The notes under the pieces are model-generated. The model was not told the DNA's origin, did not search any database, and saw nothing but the letters and a program-made list of their open reading frames with translations. Below, piece after piece: positions 9,203 to 17,111 of a DNA stretch of 23,558 nucleotides. The position numbers and the translations under genes are program-made. Origin of the DNA: Candidatus Hermodarchaeota archaeon (GTDB taxonomy: Archaea > Asgardarchaeota > Lokiarchaeia > Sigyniarchaeales > SOKP01); NCBI GenBank assembly GCA_048885535.1, contig JBHLLO010000044.1:1-23558 (forward strand), in the 5' to 3' direction. Positions within the stretch are counted from its first letter, which is position 1; each line of letters opens with the position of its first letter.

Positions 9203-9360
9203 AGAGGGGCGCCGGGAAAAGGAAACCTCAAAGAGGTTAAGTTTGGGATAAAACTTAGTTACCATTTAACCCGTTCGAGCGAATTGCTCTTGATTTGGCG
9301 ATTAATTAGGAAATTAGGGGATATTATATATATTTTTACACTTATCCACGGCATCCCTCT
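9203..9360 (-). ncRNA. Candidate structured non-coding RNA (~158 nt), family not recognised
   Basis: The GC-rich ends pair (AGAGGGAUGCCG / CGGCGCCCCUCU, extended by GGA-AAG / CUU-UCC). Internal hairpins are GAGC-AAUUC-GCUC, AAGUUU-UAUCCC-AAACUU and AACCUC-UUU-GAGGUU. TTTATATA lies 23 nt upstream and a T6 run just downstream. Confidence 0.6.
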
Positions 9361-9383
9361 AATGATAAAATATGAAGAGATGA

Positions 9384-9395
9384 TATATAAACTTT
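9384..9395 (-). promoter_or_regulatory. Putative BRE-TATA (AAAG-TTTATATA) for the candidate ncRNA
   Basis: The TATA 8-mer at 9391-9384 sits at -31..-24 relative to the first base of the terminal stem (9360), which is canonical archaeal spacing. Confidence 0.55.
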
Positions 9396-9584
9396 AACCT
9401 TTAATTTATATAGTTAATATTATTAGAAACCGAATAATTTGCCATTCCTTTATGCTCTCATCACTCTTTAGAGAATTGAGTTAATGAGAAAGGAAAATTT
9501 TTTGTTAAAATTTATACATTACTAAGGTTTTTAATATGTAAGGTATATAATTATACAAAATAAACAGAATTAGGGATAAACAAT

Positions 9585-10220
9585 ATGGATTTTGAGAAAT
9601 TAACCGAGCTAATTATAGAGTTGGAATTCGATGATATTGCTGATGCTGTTAAAGAAGCTCTAGAAGTAGATGGTAAAGATCCATTTGAAGTTTTAAATGC
9701 ATTAACAAAAGGGATGGATGAAGTGGGGCGAAGGTATGAAGAGAAAGAGTATTATTTAACAGAATTAGTTTTAGCTGGAGAAACTATGAAAGAAGCATTT
9801 AAAATACTTCAACCTGCATTAGCCGCTACAGATAAATCAAGGGAGAAAGTTAAAGTGATACTAGCAACTGTGAAAGGTGATAATCATGATATAGGAAAAA
9901 ATATATTAGCTTCACTTTTACTAAGTTCTGGTTTTGAAATATATGATTTAGGTATGGATATAGATGAAAGTAAAATAATTGAAAAGGTAAAAGAAACAGG
10001 GGCAACTATAATAGGTTTAAGTTCACTCTTAACGATGACAGTAGATCAAATTAAAGTAGTTCATGAAGCATTAAAGACTGCAGGCTTACGTGAAAAAGTG
10101 AAACTTATAGTTGGTGGAGCTCCGTTAAACATGGAACTTGCTAAAAGTCTTGGTGCTGATGATTTTGCCGATGATGCAGTATCTGGAGTAAAACATATTA
10201 AGAAATTGGCTGGTATTTAA
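9585..10220 (+). CDS. Corrinoid (B12-binding) methyl-carrier protein, MtaC/MttC-like
   Basis: Cap domain (GMDEVGRRYEEKEYYLTELVLAG) plus DxHxxG motif (GDNHDIGKN), SSLLT and IVGGAP. Confidence 0.93.
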   Translation: MDFEKLTELIIELEFDDIADAVKEALEVDGKDPFEVLNALTKGMDEVGRRYEEKEYYLTELVLAGETMKEAFKILQPALAATDKSREKVKVILATVKGDNHDIGKNILASLLLSSGFEIYDLGMDIDESKIIEKVKETGATIIGLSSLLTMTVDQIKVVHEALKTAGLREKVKLIVGGAPLNMELAKSLGADDFADDAVSGVKHIKKLAGI

Positions 10221-10423
10221 AATAACTTCTTTAAACTCCCTTTTTACTCTTATTTCTACTGAGTACTATGATTAGTTTCTTAATAATTTATATTTTATAA
10301 AGTGTTTTATTTGCGACATTAATTTCAGTTTATTCTTATTACTCTTTTCTACTAAATTATAATGTGAATATTTAATTCTGTTTTAAATTGTTTATATATT
10401 GAATTCAAAAATAGTTTAAAGAA

Positions 10424-10678
10424 GTGATAATAGATTTGACAAAGGAAGTTAAATACGATCATGAATTGGATACTAGAGGTTTGTATTGCCCCGAACCTTT
10501 ATTTGAAGTTAGAAATTTTTCAGAATCTCTGGAAGCGGGAGAATGTTTTAAGGTATTAGCAGATGATCCAGCAGCAGAAGAGGATTTAAAAAGATGGGCA
10601 AAAAGAACTGACACTGAGTTAGTTGAGTTTCATAAGGATGGAGAAGATTTAATTTTTTATTTTAAGAAAAAGAAATAG
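10424..10678 (+). CDS. tusA: TusA/SirA-family sulfurtransferase (true start may be TTG 10436)
   Basis: LDTRGLYCPEP (CPxP) and VLADDPAAEEDL. Confidence 0.92.
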   Translation: MIIDLTKEVKYDHELDTRGLYCPEPLFEVRNFSESLEAGECFKVLADDPAAEEDLKRWAKRTDTELVEFHKDGEDLIFYFKKKK

Positions 10679-10690
10679 GAGGTTAAAAGT

Positions 10691-11050
10691 ATGGAAGAAA
10701 AACATATATTATATGTACAAACCACAGACACCCCCGAAAGGCAGTACTCCCCTTTAGTTTTAGCACAATCTGCTAAAGCCATGAACATTAAACCAACATT
10801 ATATTATTTAGGAATGGGATTGAAGATTTTAAAACCTGGAGTAGCTGAAATGATAAAATTAGGAACATTTCCTAGTGTAAAAGAAATGATTGACAAAACT
10901 CTAGAGATGGGGATTGAAATTTTAGTATGTGAGGCTTCTAAAAGGATGTTAGGATGGGATAAAGTTGAATTAATTCCCGGAGTAAAAATCGTTGGGGCTG
11001 CGACATTAAACGATTTAGTACTTGAAGCAGATGCCACTCAGTGGTTTTAA
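10691..11050 (+). CDS. DsrE/DsrF-like sulfur-relay protein
   Basis: DsrE pattern (PLVLAQSAKAM...YYLGMG...ILVCEAS...IVGAATL) with the conserved Cys. GGAGGT SD upstream. Confidence 0.85.
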   Translation: MEEKHILYVQTTDTPERQYSPLVLAQSAKAMNIKPTLYYLGMGLKILKPGVAEMIKLGTFPSVKEMIDKTLEMGIEILVCEASKRMLGWDKVELIPGVKIVGAATLNDLVLEADATQWF

Positions 11051-11107
11051 ACCATAAAAACTTTTAAGAAGATATTACATTATTGAATAATCAGGAGGTT
11101 AATATAT

Positions 11108-12286
11108 TTGAATGTATATTTAGACAATCAAGCAGCAAGACCCGTAGATGAGAGAGTTATTTCAGAAATGTTACCATACTTCAAAGAAAAATTCGCGAAT
11201 CCTGCCTCTTTACATGTTGATGGCGATATAGCTACAGAGATTTTAGAAAAATCAAGAAGGAAAGTTGCTGATTTTATAAATACCCCAGATGCGTCTAACA
11301 TTGTCTTTACTTCAGGAGCCACAGAATCAAATAATCTAGCATTAATAGGTGCTGCGAATTTTTATAAAAGGAAGGGAAATCATATAATTATTTCCGAGAT
11401 AGAGCATATCTCAATATTAAATATCGCTAAATATCTTGAAAAAGAAGGCTTTAAAGTAGATCGTGTTCCAGTTGATAGATTTGGAATTATCAGACTTGAT
11501 AAGTTAGAGAAATTAATTAGTGAGAATACAATAATTATCTCGATTGCTACAGCTAGTAATGAAGTTGGTTCAATTCAACCAATTGAAGAAATTAGTAAAA
11601 TTGCACATGATAGAAACATTCTATTCCATACTGATGCAGTGTCAAGTCAAAGTGTTGTTCCTATTAATGTTGAAGAAATACCTATAGATTTAATAACTTT
11701 AAGCTCTAATGACATTTATGGTCCGAAAGGTGTTGGGGCATTGTATCTTAGAAAGGGAGTCAGAGTAAATCCTGTTATTATTGGAGGGGGTCAAGAAAGA
11801 GGGTTTCGCTCTGGATCAGAAAATATTCCTGGAATTGTAGGATTTGCTAAAGCTGCTGAAATTATGAAAAGAGAGATGCCTAAAGAAGTTGTCTATCTAA
11901 AGAATTTAAGAGACAAATTAATTGAAAATATATTAAATACAATACCCAAATCTTATTTAAATGGTCATCCAGAAAAAAGATTAGCTCATAATGCTCACTT
12001 TAGATTTGATTATATTGAAGGAGAATCTCTGATCTTAGAATTAAAAGGTCATAATATTGCTGCTGCTACAGGTTCTGCTTGTTCTTCCAAAACTCTAGAA
12101 CCATCACATACTCTGATTGCGATGGGGTTGCTTCATGAGGAAGCTCATGGTAGTTTGTTATTAACGTTAGGAAGAACTACAATGGAATCAGATATCAATG
12201 ATTTAATCAAAAATTTACCCGGTGCTGTTAATAGATTGAGAATGATGTCTCCTTTAACTCCTCCTGAATTATTAAAACAAATTTAA
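11108..12286 (+). CDS. iscS: IscS/NifS-family cysteine desulfurase homolog with the PLP-lysine replaced by Asp
   Basis: VYLDN, FTSGATESNN, EH, HTDAV, GGGQERGFRSG and GSACSS (catalytic Cys325). The usual SSHKxYGPKG motif reads SSNDIYGPKG. Confidence 0.92.
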   Translation: MNVYLDNQAARPVDERVISEMLPYFKEKFANPASLHVDGDIATEILEKSRRKVADFINTPDASNIVFTSGATESNNLALIGAANFYKRKGNHIIISEIEHISILNIAKYLEKEGFKVDRVPVDRFGIIRLDKLEKLISENTIIISIATASNEVGSIQPIEEISKIAHDRNILFHTDAVSSQSVVPINVEEIPIDLITLSSNDIYGPKGVGALYLRKGVRVNPVIIGGGQERGFRSGSENIPGIVGFAKAAEIMKREMPKEVVYLKNLRDKLIENILNTIPKSYLNGHPEKRLAHNAHFRFDYIEGESLILELKGHNIAAATGSACSSKTLEPSHTLIAMGLLHEEAHGSLLLTLGRTTMESDINDLIKNLPGAVNRLRMMSPLTPPELLKQI

Positions 12287-12302
12287 AAGGTGAAACTTAA
12301 AA

Positions 12303-13094
12303 ATGAAATCAACTCAATATTCGGAAAAAGTTTTAGATCATTTTAGAAATCCAAGAAATGTTGGTGTAATCGAAAATCCAGATGGTTATGGAAAAGTAGG
12401 AAATCCAGTATGTGGGGATCTTATGGAAATCTTTATTAAAGTGAAAAAAGATGAAAATGGGGAAGATATTATCGAAGACATTAAATTTAGAACTTTTGGT
12501 TGCGGCTCTGCTGTTGCCACATCTTCAATGGTAACTGAAATGGCAATGGGTATGAAAATTGATGATGCTTACAAGATTACTAGAAGTGATGTGGCTGACG
12601 AATTAGAAGGATTACCACCAATTAAAATGCATTGTTCAAATTTAGCTGCGGACGCTTTAAAAGCAGCTATAGACAATTATAGATTAGGTACTACTTCTGA
12701 GGTTGAAGTCGCAACTTCCTGTAGTGTGCCTGATGTCAAGATTATTCTTGGTTTGGAGGATTTCATAGGAAAAGGTGTTTATAGAGAAATAAATGACTTA
12801 TTTAAGTTCAAGGATAAAAGAGTATTAATAATTGATACAGGGGATAAAGCTCTTGAACTTGCATTAGAATTAACAAAATTTACTGGCAGAGTAATAGTGT
12901 TAACTTCAGCTCAAAACACACCTGGATCAGAAGAATTGAAGAAAAAGTTAAAACTTTCAGATATTAAAATACTCTACCAATCGGAATTGCTTGAAGTAAA
13001 AGGAACAGATGAAGTTGAAAAAGTTATTGTGCATGATCTTGATGAAAATGAGAATTATGAACTATTCATAGATTCCATAGTTTATTTGGAATAA
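12303..13094 (+). CDS. iscU: IscU/NifU Fe-S scaffold fused to a C-terminal thioredoxin-reductase-like Rossmann domain
   Basis: YSEKVLDHFRNPRN, GNPVCGD, FGCGSA and LPPIKMHCS give all three scaffold Cys. Residues ~147-263 resemble the TrxB NADPH domain (GLEDFIGKGV...KDKRVLII..GDKALELALEL). Confidence 0.92.
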   Translation: MKSTQYSEKVLDHFRNPRNVGVIENPDGYGKVGNPVCGDLMEIFIKVKKDENGEDIIEDIKFRTFGCGSAVATSSMVTEMAMGMKIDDAYKITRSDVADELEGLPPIKMHCSNLAADALKAAIDNYRLGTTSEVEVATSCSVPDVKIILGLEDFIGKGVYREINDLFKFKDKRVLIIDTGDKALELALELTKFTGRVIVLTSAQNTPGSEELKKKLKLSDIKILYQSELLEVKGTDEVEKVIVHDLDENENYELFIDSIVYLE

Positions 13095-13096
13095 AC

Positions 13097-13145
13097 TAGG
13101 TTTTTTTTAATTTTTTTAAATTTCTTAATATTTTTTCTTATTTTT
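13097..13145. terminator. Oligo-T terminator tract between convergent genes
   Basis: Several T6-T8 runs directly follow the iscU stop codon. Confidence 0.5.
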
Positions 13146-13745
13146 TTATTCCTTATCAAAAATTATTAAATAGTCTGAACCAATTTCTTGAATGGATGCC
13201 GGATTGAAATTTGAAAAGAATTTATAAGTATCTTCTTCTTTTTCAAACCAATTCATCCTTTCCTCATAGGGATTAATTCCATCATTGTCTCCTATGATTT
13301 TATCATATATTTTAAATAAGAGGTAAATAAGTCTATTATTTACATTAACAATCGCAGATTTTGACTCTAAAACAATAACCATTTTTGCTTTTTCCTTAGC
13401 TCTGGTTAATAATTCTACATGATTTGGCATTACATGGTGAAGCAAATCTGACATCACGATCACATCAACAGCTGGATAATCTTCAAAATCAAAAACACTT
13501 TTACATCTAGTATTAATGTTTTTTGTGCTACCTACAAATTGTTCATTTAAATCCCATCCTTCATATTCACATGATTTATCTAAAAATCTATATAACTGCC
13601 CCGTACCACAACCTAAGTCTAAAACTTTTTTATTTTTACCAATAATCTTAGAGATTAGCTTGAATCTTAAAATGTAGTTCTTTCCATGAATGATTCTAAG
13701 GAAAAAGTCGTATAATTTTGGAGAAAGATACATAATTGACTTCAT
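13146..13745 (-). CDS. Class I SAM-dependent methyltransferase
   Basis: Motif I VLDLGCGTG, acidic motif II GWD, and DVIVMSDLLHH. Confidence 0.9.
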   Translation of the reverse strand: MKSIMYLSPKLYDFFLRIIHGKNYILRFKLISKIIGKNKKVLDLGCGTGQLYRFLDKSCEYEGWDLNEQFVGSTKNINTRCKSVFDFEDYPAVDVIVMSDLLHHVMPNHVELLTRAKEKAKMVIVLESKSAIVNVNNRLIYLLFKIYDKIIGDNDGINPYEERMNWFEKEEDTYKFFSNFNPASIQEIGSDYLIIFDKE

Positions 13746-13985
13746 AATTAATCGTTCCGTATTGAATCGTTGTCAGATTTTTTTGATGATAGATTTAAAA
13801 TTAAATAAGGCTCAAAAGTAAAGCTTTAATTCTTATTAATTTTTTAAGGTTTTTCTAATTTATGGTCTTTCATAGCTAAATCTTTAGATTATAAGTAAAA
13901 AAGTTAAAATAAACCAAATAATAATTAACTCAACTACAATCATCTATTACAAAAATTTAAAATTTAAAAAGATGAGGGTAAAATT

Positions 13986-14576
13986 ATGAAAGAAACTGCT
14001 AAAAAATTATTTACTGCTTATGTTGGTGAATCTCAAGCAAGAAATAGATATACATTTTTCTCAAAAATAGCTAAAAAAGATGGATACGTATTAATTTCAA
14101 AAATTTTTGAGGAAACCGCTGATCAAGAAAGAGAACACGGATCTTGGTTCTATAAGATGCTCCAGGGGTTCAAGAAAGAGGAAAAGTTTGATGAAATGAA
14201 AGTATTACCTGATGCAAAGTTCCCTACGACCCACGGAACTACTATTGATAATTTAAAGTCTGCGATTGCAGGAGAAAATATGGAATGGCAAACTTTATAT
14301 CCAGACATAGCTGAAACTGCTGAAAAAGAAGGATATCCTGAAATAGCTAAAAGGGTCCGCGCTATTATTAAAGCTGAGAAACATCACTCAGAACGATATG
14401 ATAAGCTTCTTAAGTTAGTTGGCGATGATCTGTTCTTTAAGCGTGGAAAAAAAGTAGTATGGGTATGTATGGAGTGTGGATATGAAGTAGAAATGGATCA
14501 TCTTCCTGATGACTTTAAATGTCCATCGTGTGATCATCCTAGATCATATTATAGGAAAAAATGTGAGGATTTTTAA
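13986..14576 (+). CDS. rbr: Rubrerythrin
   Basis: GESQARNRY, EREH, GENME and EKHH di-iron ligands, plus a C-terminal CMECG...CPSC rubredoxin-like domain. Confidence 0.95.
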   Translation: MKETAKKLFTAYVGESQARNRYTFFSKIAKKDGYVLISKIFEETADQEREHGSWFYKMLQGFKKEEKFDEMKVLPDAKFPTTHGTTIDNLKSAIAGENMEWQTLYPDIAETAEKEGYPEIAKRVRAIIKAEKHHSERYDKLLKLVGDDLFFKRGKKVVWVCMECGYEVEMDHLPDDFKCPSCDHPRSYYRKKCEDF

Positions 14577-14612
14577 TTTAATTACCTTCAAAAATAATGA
14601 ATTTAGCGTGAA

Positions 14613-15011
14613 ATGCAAATGAATAGGAAAGAAATTTATAAGTGTAATGTTTGTGGAAAGGTTGTTGAAATTCTTAATCCCGGTGTTCCAAAAACTATCT
14701 GTTGTGGAGAACAAATGAATTTAATGGCTCCACAATGGAAAGAATGGAAAACTGAAAAGCATGTTCCAAAGATTACCATCGAGGGAAATAAAGTCACTGT
14801 TGATGTTGGAATCTCAATGGGTACACCCCATCCAATGACTGAAGAGCATTGGATAATGTGGATTGAAGTTATCTGTAAAGATGGGTGCTATGAAAGGAGA
14901 TTCTTAAATCCTGGAGATAAACCAAAAGCTACTTTTACTTTTGCAAACCCAGAGGGTTTAATCGCAAGAGAATATTGCAATCTTCATGGATTATGGATTT
15001 CTGAAAAGTAA
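14613..15011 (+). CDS. dfx: Desulfoferrodoxin (2Fe superoxide reductase)
   Basis: N-terminal CNVCG...CCG desulforedoxin centre and the SOR ligands EKHVP, HPMTEEH and CNLHG. Confidence 0.95.
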   Translation: MQMNRKEIYKCNVCGKVVEILNPGVPKTICCGEQMNLMAPQWKEWKTEKHVPKITIEGNKVTVDVGISMGTPHPMTEEHWIMWIEVICKDGCYERRFLNPGDKPKATFTFANPEGLIAREYCNLHGLWISEK

Positions 15012-15142
15012 AACAAATTATTTTTATTTTTTTATATTTATCGTTTATCATGAGTCATAAAAACTTAGTTAGATTAAGTACATAATCTAATTTTTAAAAT
15101 TTTCATTATTTTAGTTAATTAAAAAAAGACATGAAATATTAA

Positions 15143-15859
15143 ATGGTAAATATGATTGAAGCTATTATGTTTGATTTAGATGGAACTCTTATAGGTCAAA
15201 AAACTGCGAGTTCAAATATCTTAAAGCAGCTTTATTCGGAAAATAAAAAAAAATTTAGAGAAATCACACAAAAAGAGTTTTTAGAAAGTTGGTTTAAAGT
15301 AGCAAAAAAGAACATCCAAGAATTTTTTAGAGGAGAAATTACTTTTGAAGATAAAGTTATCTCTCAGATAAGCGATTTATTTTCCATTTTTGATTATAAA
15401 CTCAATAAAAGTCAAGCTAAGGAGATATATGACAAATTGCTACCTATTTATGAAAAGAATATAAAATTATATGATGATGTAATTCCTTGTTTAGAAATGC
15501 TAAAAAAGGAAGGATTCCGACTTGGGATAATTACTAATGGTCATAGTAAAGACCAAAGAGAAAAATTAATTAGATATAATCTGAAAAGCTATTTTTCTCC
15601 GATAATTGTTTCTGGAGACATCGGTTTTGCAAAACCTAATAAGGAGATATTTTTGGAGTGTATAAAACTTCTTGATTTACCTCCTCAGAATATCTTGTAT
15701 GTTGGTGATTTGGTTGAAATGGATGTGCTTGGTGCTAATAAAGTAGGGATAAAAGGAGTGTGGATAAATAGAAATAATCAAGAAAGGGAACATGATATAA
15801 TTTCAATAAGAAGTCTTATGGAACTGGAAGCTTTAATTAAAAAAGGAATAACAAACTAA
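15143..15859 (+). CDS. HAD-superfamily hydrolase (YjjG/PynA-like nucleotidase class)
   Basis: FDLDGTL, ITNG, KP, and VGD...D..GA...G. Confidence 0.9.
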   Translation: MVNMIEAIMFDLDGTLIGQKTASSNILKQLYSENKKKFREITQKEFLESWFKVAKKNIQEFFRGEITFEDKVISQISDLFSIFDYKLNKSQAKEIYDKLLPIYEKNIKLYDDVIPCLEMLKKEGFRLGIITNGHSKDQREKLIRYNLKSYFSPIIVSGDIGFAKPNKEIFLECIKLLDLPPQNILYVGDLVEMDVLGANKVGIKGVWINRNNQEREHDIISIRSLMELEALIKKGITN

Positions 15860-15932
15860 TTTTATATTATCAATGGTATTTCTAGAATAAAATTTTAAAA
15901 AAAATTTGAAATAGAATAAATTTTCAATACCT

Positions 15933-17111
15933 TTATTCTCTTTTTTTTCCTAAGAAGGGCATAGCATGCTCATATCTTTTCATTACAAATCTAGAAATTA
16001 CAATCCTTTGAATTTCACTAGTACCTTCATAGATTTGATAAAGTTTAGCATCTCTAAATAGTTTTTCAACAGGATAAGTTCTTAAGTATCCATATCCTCC
16101 AAAAATTTGAATTGCTTCTGTAGTTACATTCATAGCTACATCTGAAGCAAATGCTTTTGCAATTGAAGAGCTTAAATTATTGTCTAATCCTTGATCTGCT
16201 TCCCACGCGGCTTTATAGGTCAATAGACGAGCTGCTTCTATATCTTTGAACATGTTAGCAATCTTTTCTTGAATTACTTGGTAATTCCCAATAGGTCGCC
16301 CAAAAGCTTCTCTTTTTTGAGCATAATCTATCGAATATTCCATAGCAGAACGAGCGCAACCAACTGCAAATGCTCCAATAGCAGGTCGTGTATGGGCAAA
16401 AGTTTGCATCGCTAAAACAAAACCTCTCCCTGGTTTTGCTAAAACATTTTTTTTAGGAATCCGTACATTTTTCAAACCAACTGAGACTGTGTTAGATGAT
16501 TTTTGACCTAATTTGGGAATATGCTTCCCCAATCTTACACCTTCACTTTTAGTATCTACAATAAAAGCACATATCCCCTTGTGTTTAGTTTCAGGATCAA
16601 TTGTAGCAAATATAGTAATATAATCTGCATATCCTCCATTAGTCACCCAAAATTTATTACCGTTTAAGATATACTCGTCTCCCTCCTTTTCAGCAATACA
16701 TTTCATTCCTGCAACATCAGATCCCATTGTTGGTTCGGAGGTGGCAAACGCAATTAACTTAAACTCTTTGGTTAATTCAGTTAATATTCTTTGCTTTTGT
16801 TCTTCATTTCCCCCAATAATAATTGGTTCTGCCCCAAGATTATTATCAAAAATAGAAGTAGCTATACCAGGACAAGCGGAAGAAATTTCCTCTACTACTA
16901 TACAGGAATCTAATAATCCATAAGCAGGACCACCGTATTGTTTTGGAATTGCTAGATTTAATAAACCTTGTTCCCAAGCTTTTTTAATAACTGGTAAAGG
17001 AAATTCTTCTGAGTCATCATATTTCATTGCAACTGGTAAAACTTCCTGAATTGCAAATTCTCGTGCTTTTTTTTGAAGTGTTTTTTGAGCATCTGATAAC
17101 TTAAAATCCAA
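15933..17111 (-). CDS. Acyl-CoA dehydrogenase (short-chain/butyryl-CoA type); start at TTG 17111
   Basis: SEPTMGSD, LNGNKFWVTNG, REAFGRPI, QIFGGYGY and IYEGTSEIQR. GGAGG SD lies 7 nt before TTG 17111, giving the typical MDFKLS N-terminus. Confidence 0.94.
   Translation of the reverse strand: MDFKLSDAQKTLQKKAREFAIQEVLPVAMKYDDSEEFPLPVIKKAWEQGLLNLAIPKQYGGPAYGLLDSCIVVEEISSACPGIATSIFDNNLGAEPIIIGGNEEQKQRILTELTKEFKLIAFATSEPTMGSDVAGMKCIAEKEGDEYILNGNKFWVTNGGYADYITIFATIDPETKHKGICAFIVDTKSEGVRLGKHIPKLGQKSSNTVSVGLKNVRIPKKNVLAKPGRGFVLAMQTFAHTRPAIGAFAVGCARSAMEYSIDYAQKREAFGRPIGNYQVIQEKIANMFKDIEAARLLTYKAAWEADQGLDNNLSSSIAKAFASDVAMNVTTEAIQIFGGYGYLRTYPVEKLFRDAKLYQIYEGTSEIQRIVISRFVMKRYEHAMPFLGKKRE

Noticed and set aside
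9265-9354. ~31-codon minus-strand micro-ORF (MPWISVKI...) inside the structured element
   Set aside because: The ATG is buried in the closing stem and the peptide has no recognisable features. It is not fully excluded as a leader peptide.
9203-9360. tRNA, RNase P RNA or 5S rRNA identity for the structured element
   Set aside because: No T-loop GTTCRA stem at the 3' end. AAGGAAAC and CTTAT faintly recall RNase P CR-I/CR-V, but there is no room for P2/P3 and no P4 pairing. No 5S consensus.
9203-9585. Cobalamin riboswitch upstream of the corrinoid gene
   Set aside because: No B12-box or GCCACTG / GGTG..AA.TCC core is visible, and the promoter and terminator signals favour the opposite strand.
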